A DNA stretch of 51,255 nucleotides from Alphaproteobacteria bacterium (GCA_017554665.1 JAFZHX010000006.1:1-51255), one strand, 5' to 3'. Positions 19,778 through 30,730 are shown, counted from the stretch's first letter. Translations and numbers: made by a program. The notes: generated by a model from the sequence alone, not told the origin.

Positions 19778-20365
19778 TTATTTTTTCCACTTCCACTCTA
19801 TTTTAGATTCTTTACCTGAAAAAAGTCTTCCAAGATTAGCCTTATGTCTCCACAAGCAAAGCAGACCAATTGCCAAGAAAGCGAAACCTATATTGACACT
19901 GATTGCAAAGCCCAGCACAGGAATCAAGCAGAAAACAATAGTTGCGCCCAAGGAAGAAATACCACTTGTCAGCGCGACAATCAGCCATTCGATTCCACAG
20001 ACGACGAACGACATTGGGCTTATTGCCAACAAGACCCCAAACAACGAAGAAATACCTTTTCCACCTTTGAAACCCAACCACACAGGATAGCAATGTCCAA
20101 CGATTGCGACAAAACCGCACCAAGCAGCCAAAGCATTTCCTGCAACATATCTACCGACAAACACAGCAGCGATTGCCTTGGCCATATCCAGCAACCAGAC
20201 CAATCCAGCCATACGCAAACCACCGACCCTCATAACATTTGTTGCGCCGATATTTCCACTACCTACCTTGCGCAAATCGCCCTTACCCAGCAATTTTGTA
20301 AGCAATAACCCCATTGGCACAGACCCTAATAAATAAGCAAAAACTAAAGTTAAAATATAAATCAT
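19778..20365 (-). CDS. plsY: Glycerol-3-phosphate acyltransferase PlsY
   Basis: YLLGSVP, GSGNIGATN, GH.YP.W..FKGGKG, RH..N..R..G.E. Confidence 0.95.
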   Translation of the reverse strand: MIYILTLVFAYLLGSVPMGLLLTKLLGKGDLRKVGSGNIGATNVMRVGGLRMAGLVWLLDMAKAIAAVFVGRYVAGNALAAWCGFVAIVGHCYPVWLGFKGGKGISSLFGVLLAISPMSFVVCGIEWLIVALTSGISSLGATIVFCLIPVLGFAISVNIGFAFLAIGLLCLWRHKANLGRLFSGKESKIEWKWKK

Positions 20366-20437
20366 ATTATTTTCCTTGATTTTATGTTTGTTTTTTATAA
20401 AATAGCAGAAACATTTAGAAAATAAAAGGAAAATAAC

Positions 20438-20698
20438 GTGGCAAATCATAAGTCATCTGAAAAAAGAATTTTGGTAACAGCCAAAAAGAACGCAATCAAC
20501 ACAGCACGTCGCAGCGCGGTTAAAACAGCAACAAAGAAAGCATTGGTCGCTATTGAATCTGGCGACAAGGCTGCTGCTACAACTGCTGCACGCAACGCAG
20601 AAAGCAAGATTATGAAATCTGCTGGCAAAATCATGCCAAAGAAACGTGCTGCTCGCAAGATTTCTCGTTTGGCCAAGAAAGTTTCCAAAATGGCTTAA
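20438..20698 (+). CDS. rpsT: 30S ribosomal protein S20
   Basis: MANHKSSEKR...AARKISRL; GTG start with AAGGA RBS. Confidence 0.95.
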   Translation: MANHKSSEKRILVTAKKNAINTARRSAVKTATKKALVAIESGDKAAATTAARNAESKIMKSAGKIMPKKRAARKISRLAKKVSKMA

Positions 20699-20711
20699 TA
20701 AAATCAGAATT

Positions 20712-20779
20712 AAAAAAATCTCCCGTTTGGGGGATTTTTTTCGAACAAAAAAAATAAACCCCAAAAAATTTTGGGGTTT
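20712..20779. terminator. Two terminator hairpins between convergent genes
   Basis: AAAAAAATCTCCC-gttt-GGGGGATTTTTTT and AAACCCCAAAA-TTTTGGGGTTT. Confidence 0.75.
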
Positions 20780-20782
20780 TGT

Positions 20783-22036
20783 TTATTCGATATAACCAGT
20801 GGACAGCAAGCAAGCTTTATAGTCTTCTGCTGCAATCTTGGTCCAACATTGTTCTAACACAGGTCTATCACGACCTGCCCCCTTGTTACGAATACCATGC
20901 ATATGTTGCTTGTGAATAAAGCCTTTACCAGAAAAATCATCACTCACATAAGAACTACCAGACGAACTGTCGGAAGTTCTACCGGACGAACCACCTGATG
21001 TTCTGCTTGACGAACCACTGGACGAATTACTATTTGTTGGCTTTACTATAGCGACACAACCACCACCAGTTTTATGCTTAAAGCCTTTTGGACACATTGT
21101 ATTATCTGTTTTTCCTATAAAATCAGTCATTGGCCACGACATATCACAACCTGGCACTCTGCCAGAACGAATTACCAACGGCTGCGCTACATAGGTTACA
21201 GTATCATTTGATAAATCTGTTTTAACTTCCTTTAGGACCAATACAGCTTCCGAAGTTTGAGCTTCACCATAACCCTTACAACGACTACCACCCCCAAGCC
21301 CCTCTGGTAGTTCACATTTCAGATTTTTCGCCGCGCTATCTTCAGCAAGAACTCCCTTCTTTTTAATATCAGCATCTCTTGTAAAAAACACAGGTATTCT
21401 TTCTGTTACATCCTGGCCACGAAAAGAAACTTCTTTTAATGCATGTTTTGTCCCATTCGCCAAGTTTCTACGTTTCTGATGCACAGACATATCAGGCGCA
21501 GAAACATTTTCCGGCATTTTACTAAAACAATCAATTCCATCACTGTAATACCCAGGCTTACACAGCCAAAAACAATCTTTTTTCCAACTCTGCCACACAG
21601 AATTCCAATACTCTACATACGAAGGGTCATTTTTAGACGGTGCAGATGCTGAAATATAAACATTACAAAATCTATAACCTTTTTTTGAATATTCGTACGC
21701 AACATAATACTGCACCCCCATACCATACTCTTTACCATTATACGAATACACAAAATTATCCCACAGATAGTCTTCATAATCAGACTGCCCATTAAAAATA
21801 CACCCTCTCCAATCTTTTGAAAAATTCTCAAACCCAGATGTTCCCTTGCCTTCAAAAGAGAAAAAGTTGACATACCATTCATCATTATTATAAGGATTTT
21901 GCTTATGATACGTCTCATCAAACCATATTTTTTCAAGGTTAAAATCATCAATTTCTCTTTTAATGTTCCCACCGCCACGAGCGAACACGTCTGAGCAAAA
22001 TAAAAAAACATAAAAAAACACCAACAAATAACGCAT
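20783..22036 (-). CDS. Secreted Cys-rich hypothetical protein with Ser/Gly linker
   Basis: Signal peptide (..VFA); CFWLCKPGY; SSG-rich tract; C-terminal CW...YKAC. Confidence 0.8.
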   Translation of the reverse strand: MRYLLVFFYVFLFCSDVFARGGGNIKREIDDFNLEKIWFDETYHKQNPYNNDEWYVNFFSFEGKGTSGFENFSKDWRGCIFNGQSDYEDYLWDNFVYSYNGKEYGMGVQYYVAYEYSKKGYRFCNVYISASAPSKNDPSYVEYWNSVWQSWKKDCFWLCKPGYYSDGIDCFSKMPENVSAPDMSVHQKRRNLANGTKHALKEVSFRGQDVTERIPVFFTRDADIKKKGVLAEDSAAKNLKCELPEGLGGGSRCKGYGEAQTSEAVLVLKEVKTDLSNDTVTYVAQPLVIRSGRVPGCDMSWPMTDFIGKTDNTMCPKGFKHKTGGGCVAIVKPTNSNSSSGSSSRTSGGSSGRTSDSSSGSSYVSDDFSGKGFIHKQHMHGIRNKGAGRDRPVLEQCWTKIAAEDYKACLLSTGYIE

Positions 22037-22215
22037 TTAAAAAACTCCCTATTAAAACACGTTAACGCAAATTGTTAATTTTCATCTGCTCCCGACATTT
22101 GATATGATTTACAAAACTAACAATAAACATTCGTTATCAAAAGATATTATATCACAAACACACCATATTTACAATACCGTTGCAAAAACATTAAAAAAAG
22201 TGTAAATTATATAGC

Positions 22216-23064
22216 ATGAAAACAAAGCGTTTATTTTTATTTGCAGGTTATCATCCAAAAAATATTATCGATGATGCTCTGGTACACTATGTAAAATCTC
22301 TATCTAAATTCGGCGATATCGTACTTTGTATGGATTCTGACTGTCCAGATTCTGAAATAAATAAAATAAAAAAACATACTCTGCACTCTATCACTGCGCG
22401 TCATGGCGAATATGATTTCGGCTCTTACAAGCGCGCATATCTGTGGGCTTGTGATAATCTAAAATTATCCGATTACGACTTTGTGTACTTGGTCAATGAT
22501 TCTGTTTATGGCCCGCTATACCCACTAGACAGATACTTTGACGCAATGGAAAATATGGGGCATCCTGCTTTTGGACTTGTTACAAAAAAATATACAACAC
22601 ACCCACATATTCAATCTTGGTTTATCGGCACAAAACCAGAAATCTTTTTATCTGATTGGTTTGATAAATTTATGCGCCAAATCAAAAAACTCGCTAACAA
22701 AGGACAAATTACCACTTTATATGAAAACGGATTCTCGGAATTGATAGTCAAACACGGCTTTACTTGGGATTGCTTGTACTCGGTTTTCAATCGCGGTGTT
22801 TACAATAAAATCCAAAAACTTTATATGTCCGGCATGCCTTTTATGAAGAAAGTTGCATTTACTCGCAATCATGGTGGTCTTGGTCGTCAGGTTTTATATG
22901 TACTTAATCAAATCGACAAAAAAACAGCCGATGCCATCCTAGATTCCGCTAAACAGCAATATGGCGAACAGCATGTAAAGTGGTTCTTAACAAAAAACAC
23001 TATCAAAATCGCATACAGAAATATAAAACACACTTTGTGCAAGATTTTTATAGAGGGAATATGA
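22216..23064 (+). CDS. Rhamnan synthesis protein F (RgpF)-like glycosyltransferase
   Basis: H.EYDFGSYKR, LVNDSVYGPL, HIQSWF and YE.G.S motifs. Confidence 0.75.
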   Translation: MKTKRLFLFAGYHPKNIIDDALVHYVKSLSKFGDIVLCMDSDCPDSEINKIKKHTLHSITARHGEYDFGSYKRAYLWACDNLKLSDYDFVYLVNDSVYGPLYPLDRYFDAMENMGHPAFGLVTKKYTTHPHIQSWFIGTKPEIFLSDWFDKFMRQIKKLANKGQITTLYENGFSELIVKHGFTWDCLYSVFNRGVYNKIQKLYMSGMPFMKKVAFTRNHGGLGRQVLYVLNQIDKKTADAILDSAKQQYGEQHVKWFLTKNTIKIAYRNIKHTLCKIFIEGI

Positions 23065-23912
23065 AAAAAGCACTTAATACAAATCTTAAACGCATCGCAG
23101 TTATAACAATGGCCAGAAACGATGACTTTTTTCTGTCCCGCTGGATAAAATACTATGGCAATCTATTTGGCACAGAAAACCTGTATATCTATCTAGATGG
23201 CACAGATCAAAACATACCAGAAAACGCTGGTGATGCACATGTAACAAAATTGCCTCACCAAGATATGTCGCGCAAAAATGGCGATAAATACCGCATTGGC
23301 TTGATATCTGATTTGGCAAATGAATTGTTAAAAACTTACGACATTGTAATCGGCTGTGATTGCGATGAATTTTTAATTGTTGACCCAAAACTAAACACAA
23401 GCCTGCCAGAATATTTATCAAACAAAAAAATCAAAACAACTCTTTCTGGTTTAGGCTTGGACATCGGTCAACATATGCAACTTGAAAAAACACTTGATGT
23501 ATCAAAGCCGCTTTTAGAACAACGCGCACACGCTTTGCTATCTACCAGATACACAAAGCCAGTTGTAATAAACAAGCCTGTTCGTTGGGGTTCTGGCTTT
23601 CATCGCATAAAAAATCACAACTTTCATATCGACAAGAATTTATTCCTGTTACACTTTGGCGCTGTTGATATGAAGATGCTTGAAACCAAGGCTGCAGCGC
23701 GCGGTGCAGATTGGTTAAATCACTTAAAACGCCGTGGCAATGGCACAATAAACGAAGTATCAAATCGCCCTGCTCGCAGTGAAATATGGTTAAAAATCGC
23801 CCGCTATATTCAAACTTATATTCGCGCTCCATATGCAATCAACAAACCAAATATGCTTGGAATCAAAATTGTTGTTAAAATCCCACAGCGATTTAAAAAA
23901 TCTAATGTATAA
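23061..23912 (+). CDS. GT2-like glycosyltransferase
   Basis: ITMARNDDFFL.RW..YYG, DCDEFL, W..GFH, LLHFG; ATGA overlap with the upstream stop. Confidence 0.8.
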   Translation: MKKALNTNLKRIAVITMARNDDFFLSRWIKYYGNLFGTENLYIYLDGTDQNIPENAGDAHVTKLPHQDMSRKNGDKYRIGLISDLANELLKTYDIVIGCDCDEFLIVDPKLNTSLPEYLSNKKIKTTLSGLGLDIGQHMQLEKTLDVSKPLLEQRAHALLSTRYTKPVVINKPVRWGSGFHRIKNHNFHIDKNLFLLHFGAVDMKMLETKAAARGADWLNHLKRRGNGTINEVSNRPARSEIWLKIARYIQTYIRAPYAINKPNMLGIKIVVKIPQRFKKSNV

Positions 23913-23913
23913 A

Positions 23914-23937
23914 AAAAAGACGCAAATGCGTCTTTTT
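23914..23937. terminator. Bidirectional terminator between the convergent GT operons
   Basis: AAAAAGACGCA-aa-TGCGTCTTTTT. Confidence 0.8.
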
Positions 23938-23938
23938 C

Positions 23939-24958
23939 TTATTTTATAAATTCTTGTATTCTGCGCTTATACTTCTTGGCACGACCGTTACAAGGCATAT
24001 CACACACACCATGATTATAAACATCAAGTACAGATTTTTTTGCAGCATCTATATTTTTCTTGTTTGTCAGCCCGCGAACTTTTTGCATCATAATAATTAT
24101 AAAAGGCCATAAAAATTCACGATTAAAGTGCTTAAACTCAGCAGTTGTGGCATTTTGCTTGTACAAATCAAAAGAAGCCTTTAATCCAACACTCAACGAT
24201 TGCAACATAAATAAATCCTTGGCGGAATTTAAAGTCGAAGCACCATTAGGCATATAAAAATACAAAGGCAAATCAAGCATAACTGTCTTTGGACGTGCCA
24301 TTAAAATAGAAACCCACCATGGAAAATCTTCAATAATAATCCCACGAATAAAAGGTCTTTCTTTTACCAGCTCTGCCCTATACAGTGCCAACACAGGATA
24401 ACAATGCCGTCTGATTGGACGCTTTACCCGAAATGTTCTTTTCTTTTCAGTTGCATGAAAAATAACATTTTTTACAAGCTTGGCACGTGCACCCGAATAT
24501 ATTTTGTTTCTTTTTTCTGGCAACACACCTGAAATATCTTCGCCTTGTAATAGTCTTTTTCGCAAAGCATCATGAAATTTAACATCATGATTAAACATCA
24601 CCATATCTGCACTATTTTTTATCGCAGCATTATAAGTCAGTTCCAAAGTCTGATGATGTATAAAATCATCACTATCAAGGAACAAAATAAAATCGCCAGT
24701 CGCTTGTTTAACAGCGATATTTCTTGCCTCTGACTGACCGCCATTTTCTTTATCAATAACTACAAATCGTTTGTCTTTTTTTGCATATTCGTGTGCAATT
24801 TCCGAAGTCTTATCTTTACTTCCGTCATTAACACAAATCGCCTGCCAGTCTGAAAAAGTCTGATTTTGCAAACTATCTAAACAACGTCTTAGATAGTTTT
24901 CAACATTATACATTGGAATAACAATTGAAATTGCTGGCTTTTTTTTCATTTTATTCAC
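23939..24958 (-). CDS. Glycosyltransferase family 2
   Basis: SIVIPMYNVE, VNDGS, ARN, FLDSDD, ED. Confidence 0.9.
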   Translation of the reverse strand: MNKMKKKPAISIVIPMYNVENYLRRCLDSLQNQTFSDWQAICVNDGSKDKTSEIAHEYAKKDKRFVVIDKENGGQSEARNIAVKQATGDFILFLDSDDFIHHQTLELTYNAAIKNSADMVMFNHDVKFHDALRKRLLQGEDISGVLPEKRNKIYSGARAKLVKNVIFHATEKKRTFRVKRPIRRHCYPVLALYRAELVKERPFIRGIIIEDFPWWVSILMARPKTVMLDLPLYFYMPNGASTLNSAKDLFMLQSLSVGLKASFDLYKQNATTAEFKHFNREFLWPFIIIMMQKVRGLTNKKNIDAAKKSVLDVYNHGVCDMPCNGRAKKYKRRIQEFIK

Positions 24959-25964
24959 CTATAAATTCAACAATATCCGAACATAACTGCTCGTCCTGTT
25001 TAGACAAAGGCATCGATAATACACCAGTCTTGTATAAATCTGCAAACAATTCTTTTGCCTCTGTTATATCAGACTTATCCAAATATTTAATTTTACTAAA
25101 GGCCTTTTTTATAAAGAACCACTTAAAGTTTTTATTCCACTGTTCCATTTGATATTCTGTCGCCATTTCTTTATATGCCAAATACGCATCTTTGATACCA
25201 GCGCACAAACTTTTCATAATACGCAACTGCTTTGCGCTCAAAACAATTCCGCCAAAGTTAGGTATATAAAAATATAATGGCAACGGCGCAATAGTTACAC
25301 GCGGATTACGCAACATAACCCTGCTCCACCAAGGAAAATCTTCGAACAAAATACCTTTGATAAAAGGAATATCCGCAATCAATTCACGTTTATATAAATT
25401 TTTCCAAACCTGACAATGCTTTATCAACCAATGACGCTTTGGATTAAATTTATTATGAGTGCGTTCCGTAGCATATTCATAAACATCATCAGTTACACGA
25501 GTCTTTATTTTTTCTAGATTGTATTTTTTCTTGATACCGCGTGGAATAACATTATCTGTATCCATACCTAATTTATAACGCACCATCAACCGAGGACGAT
25601 AAATTCTATCATAAGTAAAAGATACAATATCAGAACCATCGCGCTGTGCCAAAGAATACGCAATCTCTAATGTTTGCGGATGGATAAAATCATCACTATC
25701 GATATATAAAATATAATCACCAGTTGCGTATGGCATACCGGCATTTCGTGCATCCGACAATCCACCATTTTCTTTATCTATAACGATAAAGCGACTATCT
25801 TTTTCTGCATATTCACGTGCAATTTCACCAGACTTATCGGGACTTCCATCATTAACACAAATCGCCTGCCAATCTGTAAAACTTTGATTTAACACACTGT
25901 CTAAACATCTGCGCAAATATTTTTCGACTCCATACATTGGAATAATGATTGATATCGCTGGCAT
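24951..25964 (-). CDS. Glycosyltransferase family 2
   Basis: SIIIPMYGVE, NDGSPD, NGGLSDARN, IDSDD, FED. Confidence 0.9.
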   Translation of the reverse strand: MPAISIIIPMYGVEKYLRRCLDSVLNQSFTDWQAICVNDGSPDKSGEIAREYAEKDSRFIVIDKENGGLSDARNAGMPYATGDYILYIDSDDFIHPQTLEIAYSLAQRDGSDIVSFTYDRIYRPRLMVRYKLGMDTDNVIPRGIKKKYNLEKIKTRVTDDVYEYATERTHNKFNPKRHWLIKHCQVWKNLYKRELIADIPFIKGILFEDFPWWSRVMLRNPRVTIAPLPLYFYIPNFGGIVLSAKQLRIMKSLCAGIKDAYLAYKEMATEYQMEQWNKNFKWFFIKKAFSKIKYLDKSDITEAKELFADLYKTGVLSMPLSKQDEQLCSDIVEFIGE

Positions 25965-25978
25965 ATTAACCCCTTTTA

Positions 25979-26743
25979 TCATCTGAATAAATTTATAATT
26001 TTACGAATGCGCCACAAAAACATAACCTTATGCTTCCGGGCAAACTGCATACGATATTGTTTGCCTATTTTATATTGCATTTTAACCTTGGCATGATGAG
26101 CTGCATCACGCGAATTCAAGGCAGAATCTTCATTAAACATATAGTGATAACTTACATTTGGCACAATTATAATCTGATTAGATTTTTCAATAGCATCTAA
26201 AACAAACAAAGTATCTTCTTGCGCAATCAAACCTGTATCAAATTTTAATTTGTGTTTTTTTATAAAATCTTTCTTGAACAAATAACGCCACACATAAGAA
26301 TCAGTCAAAGCAAAAGTATATCTTAATTTTTCTGCAACAGACTTTAGTTTTTTTGATTTTTTATACACGATTGGTTTTGTGTATTTATTATCACTAACAA
26401 AGCCAGACACAAGCATATCCGCATCTTGAAAAGCTATCATTTTTTCATAATAGTCAGAATCTATAAAATCGTCTGCATCCAAAAAGTGTATATACTTCCC
26501 TGTTGCTTTTTTTATACCGTCATTTCTAGCAGCGGAAACACCTGCGTTTTTTTTATGCACGACAACAAATCTATCATCCTGCTTTGCATACACATCCAAG
26601 ATTGCACCAGAATTATCTGGACTTCCATCATCGATACAAATAGCCTGCCAATCAGTCATTGTTTGACTTAACAAAGAGTCTAAACATCTACGCAGATATT
26701 TTTCACATTTATACACAGGAACAACAACTGATACGACAGGCAT
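25979..26743 (-). CDS. Glycosyltransferase family 2
   Basis: SVVVPVY, DDGSPD, GVSAARN, FLDADD, QED. Confidence 0.9.
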   Translation of the reverse strand: MPVVSVVVPVYKCEKYLRRCLDSLLSQTMTDWQAICIDDGSPDNSGAILDVYAKQDDRFVVVHKKNAGVSAARNDGIKKATGKYIHFLDADDFIDSDYYEKMIAFQDADMLVSGFVSDNKYTKPIVYKKSKKLKSVAEKLRYTFALTDSYVWRYLFKKDFIKKHKLKFDTGLIAQEDTLFVLDAIEKSNQIIIVPNVSYHYMFNEDSALNSRDAAHHAKVKMQYKIGKQYRMQFARKHKVMFLWRIRKIINLFR

Positions 26744-26754
26744 AACTTCTCCAC

Positions 26755-27651
26755 TTACATTTTTATCATTTCATCTGCAAAAGAACCCTTCTTTGGATTT
26801 TTTGCCTGTTGATAAGTAGTTTTTTGGAAAAAAGAACGACTTGTTACTTCATCAAAAACTTCCTTATCAAATGGTTTATCATGATATTGCCACCACAAAG
26901 CGTGCGTTGGATCTTGAGCAACATGTGGCATTTTTTCAAAATACTTTTTTGCACGTTCGTCATTTGTAACCAAAGTCTTGAACAACAACTGATGCATAAA
27001 GTAATCAAAGTTTGAATTTTCATATTTCCAATATTCAAAAATCATTGCACGCCACGCATCCAACAAATAAGCCCCTTTACGTGCACGAATAAAACAATTC
27101 TGCATAAACGAATATGGACTTCCGATATAATCACCTGTCAAATAAACAAAGAAATCTTCATCTGATATCCATTTTTGAATTTCGCTTGTTGCAAAACCTG
27201 TTGAGTCTAACCAGTAACCACCATGTTGATATAACAACTCTACACGACAAATGTCAGCAAAATGAGCATGCGAAATTTTACCAGCTTTACGCTTTTTCAT
27301 AATATAATCTGGCAAAGTAATATAATCAAAAACAGTTTTTTCATCTAAAACAACCAGCTCCTGTTTACAGTTTCTACGAACACTGCGATAACAAGCCTTG
27401 ACCAATGGAGGCGCTTTATCTTCACCTTGTAACCACAAAGTAAAAATCTTGTCATTTTTATCATTATTTACAACTTCGCGTTCTGGAATAACAGCCGCAG
27501 CATGCAGATATCTTTTAAAATATCTTGGAATAACACGCGAAATAACATCACTACGAACGATGCGTCTATGTTCACGCGAACGCCAAGGCCAATTCAAAAT
27601 ATGTCCGCGTATCATAATATCTGTCATTGCTATAAATCTTGCCAAATTCAT
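26755..27651 (-). CDS. Capsular polysaccharide synthesis protein (DXD-type glycosyltransferase)
   Basis: WLQGEDKAPPLVKAC, HFADICRVELLYQHGGYWLD, DYF. Confidence 0.85.
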   Translation of the reverse strand: MNLARFIAMTDIMIRGHILNWPWRSREHRRIVRSDVISRVIPRYFKRYLHAAAVIPEREVVNNDKNDKIFTLWLQGEDKAPPLVKACYRSVRRNCKQELVVLDEKTVFDYITLPDYIMKKRKAGKISHAHFADICRVELLYQHGGYWLDSTGFATSEIQKWISDEDFFVYLTGDYIGSPYSFMQNCFIRARKGAYLLDAWRAMIFEYWKYENSNFDYFMHQLLFKTLVTNDERAKKYFEKMPHVAQDPTHALWWQYHDKPFDKEVFDEVTSRSFFQKTTYQQAKNPKKGSFADEMIKM

Positions 27652-27749
27652 ACATAACCCCTTTTTACTTTTTTAGAATTAAACAAAACCCGAACACAAC
27701 ACCTGCGTTCGGATTTTAATTAAAATTTATTCATCTACTTCTATCATTT

Positions 27750-28826
27750 TTATTCCTCCGACCCTTCTGTTAAATCTTCATCCACAGGCCCCGTAGTCAT
27801 TTCTTCAGCAATACCAGAGGCGCGTGCCATAATTTTTTCTAACAAAGCATCTTGAACTTCCGGATGGTCTTTCAACCATTGTCTAGCATTTGCTTCACCC
27901 TGCCCCATACGTTCGCTGTTATACGAATAGAAGCTTCCTGCTTTTTCAATCAAGTCGTACTTAACACCCATATCTAAAATTTCACTAATTCTAGAAATAC
28001 CTTCGCCATACATAATTTTGAAATCAACTGTACGGAAAGGTGGTGCAACTTTATTCTTTACGACCTTGACCCTTGTTTCATTTCCGACAATATTTTCTTT
28101 ATCTTTGATTTGACCTGTACGGCGAATATCAAGTCGTACAGAAGCATAGAACTTTAACGCATTACCACCTGATGTTGTTTCAGGATTTCCAAACATAACA
28201 CCTATCTTCATACGAATTTGATTAATAAAGATAAGCAATGTATTACTGCGAGACACAGAACCTGCCAACTTTTTCAAAGACTGACTCATCAATCTAGCAG
28301 TTGTTCCAACGAACGAGTCGCCAATATTTCCTTCCAATTCTGCCTTTGGCACCAATGCAGCCACACTATCGATTACAACAACATCAACCGCCCCAGACTT
28401 AATCAAAGTATCAGCAATTTCCAATGCTTGTTCACCAGAATCAGGCTGAGAGATAATTAAATTAGCAACATCAACACCCAACTTTTTAGCATAACTTGGA
28501 TCCAATGCGTTTTCAGCATCGATATAAGCACAAGTTCCACCCTTTTTCTGTGATTCTGCAACAGCATGCAAAGCCAATGTTGTTTTACCAGAACTTTCAG
28601 GGCCATAAATTTCAACAATTCTTCCTTTTGGATAACCGCCAACACCCAGCGCAATATCCAACCCCAAAGACCCAGAAGAAATAGCTTCAATATTCTGTTG
28701 AGAGCCATCGCCCATTTTCATAATAGCTTCTTTACCGAACTGCTTTTGAATTTGTGCCAACGCAGATTCCAAGGCAGGATTTTTTGCAGCTACACCTGCA
28801 TCTTTACTTGCATCTTTCTTTGCCAT
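27750..28826 (-). CDS. recA: Recombinase RecA
   Basis: [47 protein letters not shown]. Confidence 0.99.
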   Translation of the reverse strand: MAKKDASKDAGVAAKNPALESALAQIQKQFGKEAIMKMGDGSQQNIEAISSGSLGLDIALGVGGYPKGRIVEIYGPESSGKTTLALHAVAESQKKGGTCAYIDAENALDPSYAKKLGVDVANLIISQPDSGEQALEIADTLIKSGAVDVVVIDSVAALVPKAELEGNIGDSFVGTTARLMSQSLKKLAGSVSRSNTLLIFINQIRMKIGVMFGNPETTSGGNALKFYASVRLDIRRTGQIKDKENIVGNETRVKVVKNKVAPPFRTVDFKIMYGEGISRISEILDMGVKYDLIEKAGSFYSYNSERMGQGEANARQWLKDHPEVQDALLEKIMARASGIAEEMTTGPVDEDLTEGSEE

Positions 28827-28890
28827 AATTTTCCCCTTTTTTTCTTAACAAAATCATACAAAGAACCGCCACAAAAAGCAATAAAAATAG

Positions 28891-30078
28891 TTATTTTTTA
28901 CCTTGCACTAAAATTATCATAACAAACGCACCAACAAATGCGCTAACCGTCCAAACAGCGTTCGTTGTACCAAACAAAGTTATAACCCCTGCCCCCAGCA
29001 TCGGAATAATAACACTAGGCAAATTTACACTGGTTCTAAACACCCCATAAAAACGCGCCTGCTGTGATTTCGGCACATCATCAAAGAACAACAAATCGTG
29101 TACAGGTTCCATAAAAGCACCTGAAATCTGCCACAAAACGAACAAAGAAATCAACGGATAACCTGTAACAAAAGCAGCTATTGCAGCCATAACCGAGAAA
29201 GAACCAAACCCCAACATCAGACAACGTGTTTTACCATATTTTTGCACAGCCCGTCCCATAATTTCACTAAGCACCAAATATGGAATAATCCCCAAAGTCA
29301 AAACCCAACCCAAAGTATCTTTTGAAAATCCATTTTCTATAACCAAGATTGGCACATACAACACACGCAATGCACGCAAAGAATAATACCCAAAATTCAC
29401 AATATAAGCACGCATCATACCAGGCACAGAAAAAAACATAGCAGCGTTTCTATACAAAGCCCTAAAAGTTTTTCTTGGACTAACAGGCTTTACTTGCTTG
29501 TTTTCTTGAACTATTTTAAACAGTTTGAACACAGACCAACCAATCAAGTAAATCACAGCAGACCCAAAGAACGCCGCCCTATTTCCAAAATGATTTGCAA
29601 TCATTACTGCAACCATAGGAGCAAACAAAGCACCCACATTTAACCATAAATGATACCTAGAATTTAAGCGCGCCATCGATATATTCTTGGCAAAATCAGA
29701 CATAAACAAAGGTATCAACACCGTAATCAAAGTAGTCGCAAATCCTGTTGTATAGTCCAAGATAACAAATGTGCGAGGCAATATAGAAAAGCTCATCATC
29801 GCATAGCAAACTGCGACCATCAACATTGCGAAATAAAAAACACGAACCTTAGAAAAAGCACGAAATATTTCATTTGCAAACAATGCGACAATTAAACAAA
29901 ACACAGAATATATAGCAACATAAACACCAACAACCGCACTGCTACGAAAGATTTCTAAGATAACCAAGGAATAAACAGCATTATAAATACCATCTGCAAA
30001 TCCGGTAAACAAGCCTAAATTTGCAAATGAAAATCCGCTTACTTTACTTCCGACTGAAATATATTTCTCTCTTCCCAT
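28891..30078 (-). CDS. MFS transporter
   Basis: About 12 hydrophobic segments arranged 6+6 in 395 aa. Confidence 0.8.
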   Translation of the reverse strand: MGREKYISVGSKVSGFSFANLGLFTGFADGIYNAVYSLVILEIFRSSAVVGVYVAIYSVFCLIVALFANEIFRAFSKVRVFYFAMLMVAVCYAMMSFSILPRTFVILDYTTGFATTLITVLIPLFMSDFAKNISMARLNSRYHLWLNVGALFAPMVAVMIANHFGNRAAFFGSAVIYLIGWSVFKLFKIVQENKQVKPVSPRKTFRALYRNAAMFFSVPGMMRAYIVNFGYYSLRALRVLYVPILVIENGFSKDTLGWVLTLGIIPYLVLSEIMGRAVQKYGKTRCLMLGFGSFSVMAAIAAFVTGYPLISLFVLWQISGAFMEPVHDLLFFDDVPKSQQARFYGVFRTSVNLPSVIIPMLGAGVITLFGTTNAVWTVSAFVGAFVMIILVQGKK

Positions 30079-30189
30079 GGTTTATGTATTATATCATAAA
30101 AAACCGCACAGTGGAAATAAAGATAACAACATAAAAAAACAGGCTGAAACAGTTTTTGTTTCAACCTGCGATAAACACACTAAGATTAC

Positions 30190-30618
30190 TTAGTTTTTTG
30201 TCTGTTTCTGTGCATACAAAGCAGCAAAATCTACAGGCTGCATTGCAAATGTTGGGAATCCAGATTCAGAAGTCAAACGTGTAATCAAAGCACGAACTGC
30301 TGGGAACAACAATGTTGGAACATCAATCAACAAAGTGCGTTTCTTTACTTCTTCATCTTTTTCTTCTTCCATTTGGACCAAGCCAGAATATGTAGATTCA
30401 ATCAAGAAAATCGATTTATCGCCATTTTCCAATTTTGAATGAACTTTTGTGATCAAATCAACCATAAACAAGTTGTTTTCTGCGCCTTTGATTTGGATAT
30501 CGATATTGATTTCCAATTTTGCCTGACCGTTGTCATTTTTAAAGAACAATTCTGGTACATTTGGGCTTTCAAAAGAAATGTCTTTCAAGAACTGAGATAT
30601 GATATTAAATTTTGCCAT
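30190..30618 (-). CDS. secB: Protein-export chaperone SecB
   Basis: QFLKDISFESP, P.LLFP, SGFP, PVDFAALY; AGGAG RBS before ATG 30618. Confidence 0.93.
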   Translation of the reverse strand: MAKFNIISQFLKDISFESPNVPELFFKNDNGQAKLEINIDIQIKGAENNLFMVDLITKVHSKLENGDKSIFLIESTYSGLVQMEEEKDEEVKKRTLLIDVPTLLFPAVRALITRLTSESGFPTFAMQPVDFAALYAQKQTKN

Positions 30619-30730
30619 TATAATTTCTCCTTGTGATATTTGTGGCGACCTTAATGTCTGGACTTGCGTCCCTGTTTTATGATAATATAGCATTATAAAA
30701 ATATTTTACAAGTGGGGGGATGTTATAAAA

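Noticed and set aside
11270-20741. Shared TCCCCC/GGGGGATTTT terminator stems as a DNA uptake sequence
   Set aside because: Seen only in terminators and not scattered through coding DNA; ordinary terminator convergence explains it.
22052-22078. CtrA box (TTAA-N7-TTAA)
   Set aside because: Spacings are 6 and 9 nt, not 7.
22062-22130. 22-aa minus-strand uORF (MFIVSFVNHIKCREQMKINNLR) before the Cys-rich gene
   Set aside because: No RBS, no amino-acid enrichment, and likely by chance in AT-rich DNA.
28853-28867. Alphaproteobacterial LexA box upstream of recA (AATC-N7-GAAC)
   Set aside because: Two mismatches to GAAC-N7-GAAC and no matching boxes noticed at ruvA or ruvC.
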